Source: Asterias rubens (Eukaryota). Taken from it: DNA of 64,000 bases. Of the stretch, positions 51,170-63,764 are shown in pieces. Each line of letters begins with the position of its first letter. The first letter of the stretch is position 1. Position numbers and translations under genes: made by a program. The notes beneath the pieces were generated by a model. It was not told where the DNA came from. It saw only the letters and a list, made by a program, of their open reading frames with translations, and did no database searches. The stretch lies in NCBI RefSeq assembly GCF_902459465.1, contig NC_047079.1:7564001-7628000 (forward strand), given 5' to 3'.

Positions 51170-54100
51170 CAGTTGTGTCATAACTAGATAGTTTGTTGTT
51201 GTCAATGTTATTGAGCCTTTACAAACAAAAGGAAGTAAGTAGTGATACATTAATAATAGGTAGTAGAAGAGACAGCTGGTGGCAAGCTGCCAAGTTACCT
51301 TTGTCAACCAACAGATGTTCTTGTACCGGTGAACATGTATTGCGTCATCAAAAACAGTTTCAGTTTTAAATTGTTTTGAAATCTCATACTATACATTGTT
51401 CATCACCAAGCATGCTTTTGTTTTATTTTAATACTCGTATCTTTCCGTTATGACTTCTGTAACTTTTTGTTTTTTAAAACACAGATGTCATGCCACCCTC
51501 CACTTGGCTTTGGGGTTTGTTCCAGTTTCGGAATAAAATACAAAAGATATTGTAATGATAAAATACAAGACAATTAATATTCAATGTAACATTAAAGATT
51601 TAATTTTAGGTCAAACTGGGTTGAGACGTGAACATGAAAAAATACGATAATTGTGTTGTCATCATTTTAATTAATGCCCCCTGTGTAAGATTTTCCACGA
51701 AGATGGACACACCACCTCACTTCAATACAGGGGTCATACTCGTCATACTATTTGACCTTTAAGCAGTTAGTTTGGTTTTGTATGTGGTCCCCTTTTCTAA
51801 ACTATGGCTTGTGATTGGCCCTGTGTTGGCATACTCCCTACAGTAGTTAATCAATATCTGTGTTCAGTAGGGGGGGAAGGGGGGTAGGGCGGTGAAGTAA
51901 CAAATCCATTGACTTGGCTCATTGTACAAGTAATTCCCACACTATTCAGAGGATAACTGTGTATCGTTGTGGAAGATTCTATCTATCCATGGTCTATTCG
52001 ACCCTTTAGTTGTAATTAATGAACTAATCTATCACCAAGTGTTTAGCATGAGCTGCAATGGGCCGGTTCGATCCTCTCAACATGTATACATACTGTGCAT
52101 ACAATACGTTACTTAGCATAAAATTGACAGCATTCTTGGCATTGTGTATTAACTAGGCAGTGGACAGGTAGCCAGCTTTTTAGTAGCAGTTGGTGAAAAC
52201 AAACAGCATGTGGGCTCGCGGAGCTATGTGTAGTAATGTAGAAATGTTGGTGGACTTGAATGTATTGTGGATGCTTGTGTAATATTTGCAGTCGTTTGGG
52301 TATGTTGACTTGGCTGGGATTAGCATTAATGCAAAGGTAAGCATGTCATTGTATGATTAAGTTTGTGATGTATGCCAAAGGCATGTACACATGCAAATAC
52401 GAGCTGGCCTGACGGTCTTGAAAGGGCAAGGGCACCAAGGTGTTTTCTCATTTGTAAAGGGCTCGTCTACGTTCAAGGGAAGACACATATAATATTGGCA
52501 GTACACTGTGTGGCTGAGTGTGGAGCTCATCATGTACACATCAAATACAGGGCCAGTTTGTAGACAATTAGGGTCGACCCTTTTATAGAGCAATTAATTT
52601 ACAAATCCTGGTAGGCCTATGGTTTTAAAGTCGTCCAGCATTATTTAGTTGCACATTGTATCCGTGATGCTCAATATTTACATGGTGTACCTATAATTTA
52701 TCACTTTCTAGTCACGATAATCGCGCTGATACATTGATACAGAGTGTCCTGGTCACAATTTCATCTCTACTTATCTGCCAATTTTGTGCTTACTGCGCGA
52801 TTTCCATTTCATTGGGCTGCTAGCCGTAAGCACATAAAAATGCATGCTAACCTTCAGAAAATGAATGACGTCACAATGCAAATCCTTGTTGATCCATAGC
52901 AAGTTTTTCTGCTATATTACAAGCCAGAAAATTTGCTTACAATTAGTCAGCGCTTTGAAATTTAGGCCCGTTTGTCTCCAAGATATGAGTTTGTTGTTTT
53001 GTGAAGTGTTGGCTTTTGATTTCTTGTTGAAACTTTTGGAGATTGGAAACATCAAGAGTAGTTACAGCAAACTGAAACCATTCATAGTGTCAGTCTCCAC
53101 CTCATCTTTTTTCACAAATTTCACCGGATTGCAAATCAGAAATTTCTCTGAATCTATGATGTTCCCATTGTACATTGTATGCATGTACAGTAGTAGACCA
53201 TGTGTAATTGTTGGGCATTGTTGTAAAAATGTAGTGCACCCCTTACCCCATGGATAATTGCCAGTATTCATTATACATAGACCTGTGTATTGTTCAGATC
53301 AAGCTGAAATGTATAGCGATACCAAATTAAAAGAAGTGGTGAAAATCCTTAGAAGCCAGAATCTATGAGCAGAATTAATCTAAGACACACTCACAACCCG
53401 ATTACTTGTCATTCATCAATCAACTTGGTACAAATTGAGAAAAAAAATGCATTAAAAAATGCAGAAACGTTGCCTCAATGGAGACCTTGGATGTTGATAT
53501 AGGCCTATGTCGTTAATCGACGTCATAAACTTCGTCATGAGATTGGACGTCTCCCCCCAAAAAAATTCAGATGAGGTTTTTTTCTCTCTGTATGAGTCCA
53601 CAGAGAATAAATAACCAAACATGGTTTACTAGGAACGTCAGTCTCTTTTACCCTGTGATTAAACACGAGGTAAGTACGTGCGTCATTACACGCACACACA
53701 CGTTGTCGAGTGCACACTGTGCTGGGAACGATTCCTGGTATCTCCAGGTCTTATTGACCTTTGACCTTTTAGGGACTTATTTAGATATTCATGACGCTGC
53801 ATCGCTATGACGCTTTGTGTAGTTGTTAAATAAATGGAACAAACGAGGACCGTGAGATGTAACGCAAAGGAAACTAATTTGGTTGTCGACTAATCGTAAT
53901 TTGAGACGAGATAAAGCCTAATGCCTGAATGAGAACAATAAACATCTGTTTTAGTAGTTGGCTTTCCGATGTAGGCTTTTGACATTTTGAAATGACAGGT
54001 TTTTTTCTGCCCTAACATTAATTGTTACCATGGTTGCTTGTGCTGGTACATCCTACATGTGATAATTTTTTCATCTAATAGCTTCTGGTTGTTGAACTAT

Positions 54101-56690
54101 GTATTTATGACTAAATGTTTTCCACCAATTTGTGGAATCAATTTTATGAACCAAATTTCAATAGGGAAAAGGAGTTGTCCGACTGATTTTGCAGGCCGTG
54201 TGTTTTCCTCCACCTTGGATGGGGAGGAGTACTACATTTTACGGTACGATTGTGGATTATAGGAAAACAGTTGGCTTTATGGAAACGGGGGAAATAGTAA
54301 TAATAATATTTTTTTTTTTTAAATTAGGGAAACGGAGTTGTCCATCTCTGATTTTGCAGGCTGTGTGTGCCCCCCCCTCACCTTGGATGGGGAACAGTAG
54401 GTTTGTAAATTATAGGAAAACAAGATCAGGAAAATAACTCATTCAATTGAAATTGGTTGTATGGAAACGGGGGAAATTAAGGAGTTATCCATCTCTGATT
54501 TTGCAGCCCTCGTTTCCTTCCACCCTGGATGGGGAAGATCGAGGTGCGTTCATGGGTGGCCTTGAGCTTGTAGCATTGCGATTCAGACGTGACATCATAC
54601 TTGATGCAATTAATTACACAATGGAGGGTTACCCTTGACATTTTCAGCGTCAAAGGCAAAATTGACAGTGCAGGACAAATATTATGCCGGTTAGGGTGCT
54701 GGACGATGTGTACAGGGATCATAATACATTATTTCTGCAGAGTTTTTGGTCTCTTCTCTTTTTGGTTGCTTGTTTAGGCGGGGGAGGGGCAGGAGAGTTC
54801 TATGGGGATGGGGCGAAGGAGGGCTTGCAATTTCTTTCAGACCTTGAACTCGGGAAGTGGCACGTGGTGCATAATTTTTCTCCGGCTTAGACTCCAGAAG
54901 TCTGTTTGGGAGCCCCTTTCCAAAGTGTACGATTACAATTTGTACAGAGCGTGAGCCAAATTGAAAGACATAACCTAAGCCATGGTACAAGCCAGAGCCT
55001 AAGATGGAGCCTACTGACCTAAGCCAGAGCCTACTGACCTAAGCCAGAGCTCAATATAGAGCAAGGGTTCTAAAAAGTGGCAAAATGTGTCTGCATGAAG
55101 TCCAGATTCTGTGTGTTTCATGATGGAACAGGTTTTATGGTCTTGTTTTTTGACAAGAGTACACCTGTAAGTGACCTGTAACCTCTAATGTGGTTACTTC
55201 TTGAAGAAGATGCTACCAGTATACAATTGTTGCACGCTGTGACGGGGTCCATGGTGTTCTGTAACCCGAGGGGGGAAAAGGCTCCGGAGGCAAAGCCAAT
55301 CCCCAGGACCCCAATCAAACTTCACAGTTTGTTACCGAGATATATCAATATCGTATGGGTTTATCATTCATACTTTGAAGCCAGTCTTTTTAGTGCAAAG
55401 GGGGAAAAAGTTGCCCTCGGTGGGTTTGAACTTTATGCATTATGGAGCTTGTTATTCCATGTTGTGTTACCGCTATTTAGTTTTGTGGTCTGAGAAACCT
55501 CAAGAATTTCATTGTTCAATAAAATATTTGATATACACCAGAAGCTTTTCTACTCCAAACACACACCGGATCCCAAATTTATTTTATGAGAAATGGAGGA
55601 AAATTCAAAATTTATGCAGGTATATTTTTCCTGTGTGCAATTTTAATTACTTTTGAGATCCCCATTTACCTGCCAATACAGGTATGATGCAAATTCCTAC
55701 TATCATCGTATTTCCAGTTTTGTTCTGCTCATGGAAAAATGTTTATTAAATAAGCTGAAAATTCTATCAAAGCACCCACCATGTTTGTCAGCCATTGAAC
55801 TCAATAAGATGCTTTTTTCCAAGGGCCTAAAATATCCATCCTGCTTATTATGTACAATGTACCATAGAGAAATCTGTGGTCCTTTCTCTAAGCTTGTATA
55901 CAGCGCAGACGCCCAAAGTAAACTATCCGAGCCCAATTTGAAAGCCCAATAATAGTGACATATTTACTGTACGTATACTACGTTAGTGGCATTGTGTTGT
56001 ACATGGCTTCTTGTCTGGTGTGTGCATAGAGAGTCCATGTGCGTCACACCGTGCTAGAGGCGTACTGATACGTACATTACCTTTAGACTACAAAAGGTGA
56101 AATCTGCAATTTCAATGCTGCTACCTCCTCACCTCCAATAGTTGGTAAGTCTTGATTTTTTAGCTACTTTCTTTGACCCAGCTTGGTGAGCTGATCTTGG
56201 CAATATCGTGAAGATGAAAACGTTGAATAATGAAAATCAGTCACGTTCACAGCTTCCTAAGAACGTATGTTACGCCCATGGAGACTTTCTATTCCATTTT
56301 TAAATTTACAACATCTGAATGCAAGAGTAGAGATTTTTACTTTCACTAGGCTAAACATACAAAGTAGTGTACTGATAAAATGTCATTTAGCAATATCGAT
56401 GTGATTATATAAGCACTATTGTAGAATGGCTAATTAATAAAGACCCATATAACAAGGTCATACAATGTATTCGGCCTGATAGATCTGCTGTGTCTGTGCA
56501 TACTGGCATACAGTCTGCCTCGGTAAACTTCCTAGCTTTTCTGAAGTATTCTGGACATTTGTTTTTAAATTTCTTTCTATTGGTTTTAGGGGATTTAATT
56601 TGCCCAGTTGTGCATCAAACAATGCCGTGTTTTTGTGGTGTTTTTTTTTTTTTTTTTTGGGGGGGGGGATCTGAGGGTGTGTACCCCTGT

Positions 56691-56760
56691 GTCTCTAGCT
56701 CAGTTGGTAGAGCATCTGCCCGTAGTGTCAGGAGTCTTAGGTTCAAATCTCACTGTGTGT
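56691..56760 (+). mobile_element. tRNA-like SINE head or tRNA pseudogene
   Basis: A-box TAGCTCAGTTGGTAGAGC and B-box GGTTCAAATC are present, but there is no pairing acceptor stem. Confidence 0.55.
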
Positions 56761-57107
56761 TGTTTGATGTTTCTCTCATCCCATGTTTGGTTTGTTCACT
56801 TAAGGGGATTAGGCACCTTTCCAAATATTGTGTTTTAGGGGAAGTAATTTTGTGAGTGACTGCAGGCTGGAAATACACAGAGGCCACGGAGTTCATGGCC
56901 TCTGTTGCCCCTGTTCTTGGCCTTGGTGCCCCTTCAAAAGTTCCCCCATAAACTTATTTAAAGATTTTTCCAATGGAAGTGCCCTTGGCACTATGAAAAT
57001 GACATTGCCCTCTCGAAGATGAAGTTCAATGCCTGGAATGTAAAATGTAATATTGTCAGACAGAAGCTATTATTGCTTTGCAGCGTGCCCTTCCAACGTT
57101 CTCAAGA

Positions 57108-57492
57108 CTGATACTTAACAGAGGTAACAAAGAGATTGCCTCCAAGCCCCTTGGTCACTGCCTTGGTGCACATCCAATGTTCCCAACCCTGATACTTCAT
57201 GGAGGTAACAAAGAGATTGCCTCCAAGCCCCTTGGTCACTGCCTTGGTGCACATCCAATGTTCCCAACCCTGATACTTAACAGAGGTAACAAAGAGATTG
57301 CCTCCAAGCCCCTTGGTCACTGCCTTGGTGCACATCCAATGTTCCCAACCCTGATACTTCACAGAGGTAACAAAGAGATTGCCTCCAAGCCCCTTGGTCA
57401 CTGCCTTGGTGCACATCCAATGTTCCCAACCCTGATACTTCACAGAGGTAACAAAGAGATTGCCTCCAAGCCCCTTGGTCACTGCCTTGGTG
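57108..57492 (+). repeat. 81-bp tandem array (about 4.8 units) built from the end of a dispersed element
   Basis: CTGATACTT starts at 57108, 57189, 57270, 57351 and 57432; the last unit runs into CCTTGGTGCCCTTGAAATG, as at 37740-37850 and 58070-58250. Confidence 0.92.
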
Positions 57493-58042
57493 CCCTTGAA
57501 ATGCCCCAGTAGAAATAGGGAGCCCTTAAGTCAGAAGAAAATGCCTTGGTGCCCTTGCCCATCAAAACGAAGCATACCTGTGTTCCAGTAGAAAATTATT
57601 TAAGAAAAACCTGTCAAATTGCGTTAATAAAGAGTGTGTCTGCTAATTATCTATGCAAGTAGACAGGTGTTTCATGTAGTTTCTCAATCTAGCCCCACGT
57701 CTAAAATTCCCCTCAGTCACGTTTGAGTGCAGTGAAATTTTCACCTGTCCGAGTACTATGGCATTTTGCCAGGGTCTTTAGTTTTACCTGGTTTTACCAA
57801 GGTACCTCCAGTTTGCCCAATACGCCTGGAAATGTTCCCCTGAACTGTTTAGTGGCCTAATGAAGATGCCCTTTAGCTGTATGGTGAGTTAATTGCCTTT
57901 ATTGATGCATGAATACTGCTCATTGTTCTCTTGTGGCACGATTGTACTTGCCTCAGTCTAATTCAATGTCGCCTAACTCACTTTGCTTATAATATATCTA
58001 GGGACTAACAATCTTACATGGGGTGCATATCTGACCACAACT

Positions 58043-58250
58043 AGGCCTGATACTCAAGAATGAAGGTGATTGCCTCCATGTCCCCTGGTCATTGCCTTGG
58101 TGCCCTTGAAATGCTCCAGTAGAAATTTACAATTTCCTCATAGGGTGCCCTTTGCCAAAGAGAAAATGCCTTGGTGCCCTTGTCCTTTCAAAAACGAAGC
58201 ATACAGCCCTGTGATATCATGTGGTGAATGCATCTACACAGAGTACACAG
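58043..58250. mobile_element. Dispersed non-autonomous element, possibly hAT-like (relatives near 37702, 52420, 56880, 57460)
   Basis: AGGCCTGATACT...GCCTTGGTGCCCTTGAAATGCTCCAGTAGAAAT...CGAAGCATACAGCCCTG; imperfect ends resembling CAGG[CG]CTG. Confidence 0.55.
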
Positions 58251-58699
58251 TCAACCCTCCTACTGTCTGACCATTCAATATCACTTTTCTTGTTAATAAA
58301 CTACTACTAGCCAGCCTGCTGCAATGATATTGTTTGAATGCATAGTACATGGTTGTAGCATGGTTGTGTGACCATACACAACCCATGGAATAAGGTTTCT
58401 ATTTAAATCATTGGTCAAATTAGTGAGAATATTTACTTGGAATTGACCACATGTACATGAGGGTACAGAAATAATGAGCGTACAGTACATGAGGGTACAT
58501 CAAATGAGCATAAAACATCCAAAGTGAATTTTGTAAAGAAATAATTAGAAGGGATTAAAAATAGTTGATGTAAAATGGGAAGTGTGTGGTAGCCATACAC
58601 ATTGTACATACAGTGTACATTGTACAATGAATGTACACTGTATGTTGGCCCTTATATACATAGATAATGATGTACACGTCGCAGGCTCGCAGTCTATTT

Positions 58700-59169
58700 G
58701 TAGCGTCCATTTTCCTTCCGCATTGTTATGATTCCACTCTGCCCAGACATAACGTGACTCATGTCTAGGTCAGTTAGCGGTCACTTGTCTTTCTGTTTTT
58801 ATTCCCTCCCCGCTTACCAATCCTAATGAATCCACACTCGCTGACCCAGATCTCTGCGCCGCTCGCTGCTGGCGTGCCTCGATCAACGATGTGGCGCTCA
58901 CGGCGCTAACGGCGGAAAATCGTCATGAATTTTCCTTTCTTTTTGTCCGATGGAGCCGGCTGGCCGGGCGGTCTCCGTCGATGATTTGACGGAGAGATGA
59001 GTGCGACGAGGTGTAATAATGAAATGCTTCTAAGGCTGATTGAGCAGTTGAGAATTATGAAAAATAGTTTAACGTTAACTTTGTTTTCTCTTTTTTTTTT
59101 CGTGTGTGTGTGCCGTCTTGTATTGGCGTATGGCGTATTCCGTCTTGATTTACAGATTAGTATCGGGGT
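58700..59169 (+). promoter_or_regulatory. CpG-rich promoter-like region and putative non-coding first exon, possibly of the p53-family gene
   Basis: Local CpG enrichment, TGACTCA at 58755, CCAAT at 58817, GC-box-like CCCTCCCCGC, no credible ORF, and donor-like GTAAGC at 59170. The link to the downstream gene is inferred. Confidence 0.4.
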
Positions 59170-62100
59170 GTAAGCCACATGAAAATGAACTCTTCAATTA
59201 CAAGTGCTGTGTGGACGGCGTACAATATGTGAATAGTCAAGAAGTCCAAAGTTTAATAATAGTATGGTAGGGGAGCGGTTTGTCTCAGTCTGCGCACCCC
59301 CCCCCCCCCATGTCCATTTGTTAAAATAGAAGAACACCAACTCACGCCCCCCCCCCCCCATCCCCCAAAACAATAATAACAAGTAGAAAAATAGATTAAT
59401 AACTTAAAAACAAAAAAATTAGTAAGAAAATAATTGCGTGAGTGGAAATAAATGTGAATTGAATTTAATTGAAATAAATAATATGTAGCCTGATCTTTCT
59501 TTTGCATGCTGTGATCAAAATAAATCAAAATGAAAAGTAATATAAAAAAATATGTTAATAACAATGTACAAATAATAATGATAAACAAAACATTAAAATG
59601 ATTAAATGAAAAATAATAACAGAAAGGAAAAGTTAAATAAATGCACTAAGTAATAATTTTATTTAACAATGAATTAAATCAAAACAACTGGCATGCATCA
59701 TTTCAGGTAATTTCCTCTTGTTTTTTACATAAAAAAAAGAAACAAACTATTTTGTACAAGGCAGTTTCTGTAATAGAAATAATGAATAAATACCTGTAAA
59801 TCAAATTAAGAAAGGAAAAGCGTTTTAACAACCTAAAATATTTCATAACAATATAATTAGAGCGAACAGTTCTGCAAAATTTACCAAGACCACACTGGTT
59901 AATTTTCTAGTGGCCTACTATCATGACGTGCGTGTGGTTAACCACAACTGCCAGCATACTGTCTGGTTGTCTGGTTATAGAATAAACATTGGCCATGAAC
60001 TTGAAGATAAAATAATTGTCTTCGCTGCTGGTGTTTGCCACCTTGGTTCTGAGCATGTGCATTCAGTTTAAAACAGGACAGTAGAACATGGTAGAAGGTT
60101 TGGCCATGGTAGCCATGGTGGCGATAAATTGTAGAAACAACTCCGACAGTCCTACATATCAGTTCTGATATATTGTTCCCCCCACCCCCATACTCATTTT
60201 AAAGGTTAGATTACCGACCGGTGAAAGTTTTGCCAAAACAATTTTTTTAATTTGTGATGATTTTCATTTGTGCACTGCATATTTACTGCAAAACAATGTA
60301 GCTGTTGGGTTTTAAAAAGTACTAAGTTGGGTAACCAGTGACATTTTAAAATCGGCTCGTTATTGTCGAAACAGTTTTCTAAATTTGTGATGATGTTCTT
60401 TTGTACAGACATGATATCAATAGGGACAGTTGAGCATCCTCTACCAGACATTTAAAGTTAAGCCTTTAGGTTAATATATCAAGTGACCAACAGGGGACCG
60501 TCCAATAGCAACCAAAATACCGGATATTTTCCGCTGTAGGGTTGATACTGGGATGCTTTACTGACGAGAGTCCAGTGGTTTTGAGTTATGGAAGTCAACT
60601 GACAAGAGTCCAGTGGTTTTGAGTTATGGAAGTCAACTGAACAAGCTTGGCGGTCTTCTTTTGATATTCATGGTTTTTTATTTTACATGTACAGGTATAA
60701 ACCATATGTGCCCTGTCAAAGTTAGAAAGTTGAACTTGTTTGGGATATATTTTGTCAGTAGTTGTTCGAGCCCTCATGAAGAAAGATTTGCAATTTGCAA
60801 ATAATATGAAAGGGAAAAATTACTACAAAGACCCTTTCTTATCTAACAATATTTTAGGTCGGGTTGAACATTTTGATCTATGTCTATTGCTACAGACTTG
60901 TACTTATTTCTTTAAGGTTTTCATGACTTGCTGTACATAAGAAATCTATTTATAATTTTCAGCAAGACATTGATATTTAAACACAGATTCTTCAATTATC
61001 AACTTCACACCTGCAGTCACTCTAGGTACATTTGTACATTCGTACATTGTCAATTTGTATCATACATTTGTATACCGTGTACCTACATGTGCATAGAATT
61101 TCTTTCTGAGTAGACATGTCGCAGTATCTGGTGCAGCTACCTGGTACCGCTACCTGGTACCCTGTTCATTCTACCATGCCAGGCTATGCATCTAGACAGT
61201 CAACCAGTGCATGTTATCAATGCGCATAATTTACCCTGTGAAAGGTCAAGATGGCGTGTAAGAATCGGAAAACGCTCTTGATAGAAGAGTAAAGTTCGGC
61301 TGGCTTTTGTCGGAGCGGGACTATCAGCAGACAAACCAACAAAGGAGTTCTGTTGATATAACCGTTCACACAAAGTTTCTTTTTGAAAGAGGAAAAATAG
61401 ATTAGACTAACTTTGAACATTTAATGGGTGAATGAGTAAGGGGTGGAGGGTGGTGTTTAGTTTGTTAATGCATGCCCTTGAACATGCTGTAGGGTTTGAA
61501 AGGGGGGGTACATGTAGTCTGGGACTGACAGAAAACTTGTATTGACATTTTATATTTAGGCCTATCGCTGAATATTTCTACTTAAAAACTTGTTTAAACC
61601 GCTGACTTCTGGATATTAACACTACTGGTTCAAAAAAACTAGAAAACAAATTCAGAAACAAAGTGGAGAAATTTACAATAGAAAAAGTGATGGAAAATGG
61701 ATGAATTAGTGCTTTTTTATAAAAAAGTTTAAGGTCTCAATTACACATGAGTCACACATCTTTGCAAAAAGTTAGCGTGGTTGGACAGTTCATATTCTAT
61801 TAGAAGATATTAATAAGATGTACATTAAGTAACTTTCGTAATGTGGAGAAAACAATATTAAAACCATCTCTTTGGAATAACATAGAGTTGTATTTTGTAA
61901 CTCAAGAGTGGAAAGTCATATGGTTGGAAATAAAGTTAATCAGTCACACTAGATGTTATACTAGACTTTAATTGAAGGATGTATGTGTGTTGGCTGACAA
62001 AGGCTGCATGGGCTCACAATAGCCACTTACAAGCCTGCTGACCACTTGAAGAATGGTCTGAAGTTTGAATGGGAGGGGGTAACTTTATATCTTGTTGTTT

Positions 62101-63130
62101 GGCTGGGATGGGAAACATTTACAAAACAAGGAAGATGATGTGAATGGTTTGAATCCTAGCTTAGTGTGGATGAGATTTGTTTATTTAGTTAGCGAGTGAC
62201 CTGATTGGTTGTGGAATGTAGGGGACTAAGTTTTTAATCTGGGCAATTATGGGCCTCGCACTTTTGACATGAGTTGACGAGATCTTGACTAAAATTACAT
62301 CAATTTAAAGAAAATAGCAACTTCCAGGCTCCAGCCGTGTGAAAGTTTCCTTGTTGTTTTTAACATTGATCCAGACCTAAAAAAAAAAAAAAAAAAAAAC
62401 ATGTTAAAATTACCTTGGTGTAAACTGTCCCATTACCAAGGACCCTTGCTATCATGCACAGAACTTGTCGCTAGTACAAGAAAGTGTTCAATGAATTTAC
62501 AGTCATGACCTTTGCCCCCCTGAAACAAAACATGGGTGCTGCTAGTGTTATAAGTCATCTGAAATCTTGTTAAATAATTTGAATCAACTGAAGTGACATA
62601 CAACAAGCATCCATTACCGAGGAACTTTGTCTGGTGCTCACATGAAAGGTCCTTAAGTAGTTGACCATAAACAGTTACTTGATAACTGCCGAGAATCAAA
62701 TTGAAAACTAATTGGAGATGCTGGTTTAATTAAGACATCTTCGTCATATAAATTGCTTTATCCAACAGGGAAGCTGTTCGTTGTGTCAGTGACTGGCCAG
62801 CCAGACTAGTTTTAATTACAGTGTAGCTTGTCGTTTCATTAGTCAGTCAGCCTCTTCACCTCTTTCTTAAACTGAATTAGCCAGCCAGACTGCTAAGTCA
62901 GAAAATTTTGATTGTCTTAAATTCTTTTAGATTTTAACTTGGAAGAATGTACCAGGCTTCGAATTATCCTACGACCCTTCACCCAACAGCAGAAATTGCT
63001 GTGGTGCCCTTCGCAAAGTTCCAATACACATTTTCCTCACCAGAAAAAATTACTGTGCCCCTTCAAGAAGGGAATTCAAAACCTGCTCTACAATGTAAAA
63101 TTTCCTGTTTGTTTTTCTTCTTTATTGCAG

Positions 63131-63217
63131 GCACTTGATCTTGACCATTTTTGAACGAGTTCCACAGATGTGGTGCTTGTATACTCAATGCATCTCTAGC
63201 TTGTGTCTCTCAGACTC
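63131..63217 (+). other. Putative 5' UTR exon of the p53-family gene
   Basis: Strong acceptor TTTTTCTTCTTTATTGCAG and donor GTGAGT, about 100 nt upstream of the coding ATG. Confidence 0.5.
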
Positions 63218-63319
63218 GTGAGTTTCACTGACTCACTAAATACTCAGAACTCCCACATTACATGCACAAGCTGACTTGGTTTTGGAGAGTTATCCCTGTT
63301 ACGATAACGAAACTCAAAG

Positions 63320-63459
63320 ATGTCTTCCGGGGATCATAAGCCACCACTTTTAGATCCGACGATGTCGCAGGCCTCGGATGGAGGGCTAAGCTCATCGCAA
63401 CCATTGTCAGATGAAACTTTTAATCTACTTTGGCAGCAGATAGCAACTGGATCAATTGA
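63320..63459 (+). CDS. TP53: First coding exon of a p53/p63/p73-family transcription factor (transactivation domain); gene continues beyond the window
   Basis: Translates MSSGDHKPPLLDPTMSQASDGGLSSSQPLSDETFNLLWQQIATGSI, with an in-frame TAA just upstream and a GA|GTAAGT donor. PLSDETFNLLW aligns with human p53 PLSQETFSDLW (FxxLW). Symbol is family-level only; the DNA-binding domain is not in the window. Confidence 0.8.
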
Positions 63460-63764
63460 GTAAGTACATAACTCTGTAACTAACTCCGTAACTAACTTCG
63501 TAACTAACTCCGTACTGCAGGCCCGCGGGCAGAAGGTTTAGCTTTGGGCCAGTGTAAACTCAAGACCGGACTGGAAAAGTCCGGCAGTCTTGAGTTTTCA
63601 ATTGATCAATATTATATCACACAGGAAGAGTGATCTGTAATTAGAATACACTAACTCAGAAACGTATCTGACTTTAACATCTGACGGATTCAAATTTTGG
63701 GGGAAAGAAACTTATCTATTTTCATAGCCACAAAACTGTATACTCAAGCATGATATTCTTTCTA

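Noticed and set aside
52865-53271. Overlapping 130-aa (+) and 69-aa (-) ORFs
   Set aside because: No recognisable domain, no convincing splice sites, and all frames are interrupted nearby.
55118-55952. Several 66-101 aa ORFs on both strands
   Set aside because: No family motifs, AT-rich composition and no consistent exon structure.
56691-56760. Functional tRNA gene
   Set aside because: A and B boxes are present but the acceptor stem and anticodon arm do not pair; treated as a SINE head or pseudogene.
57078-57512. 144-aa and 126-aa ORFs on opposite strands with 27-aa repeats
   Set aside because: Produced by an 81-bp (multiple of 3) array derived from a dispersed element; no protein similarity recognised.
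60557-60640. 39-bp direct duplication (and a 49-bp one at 44070-44170)
   Set aside because: Simple two-copy local duplications with no associated signal.
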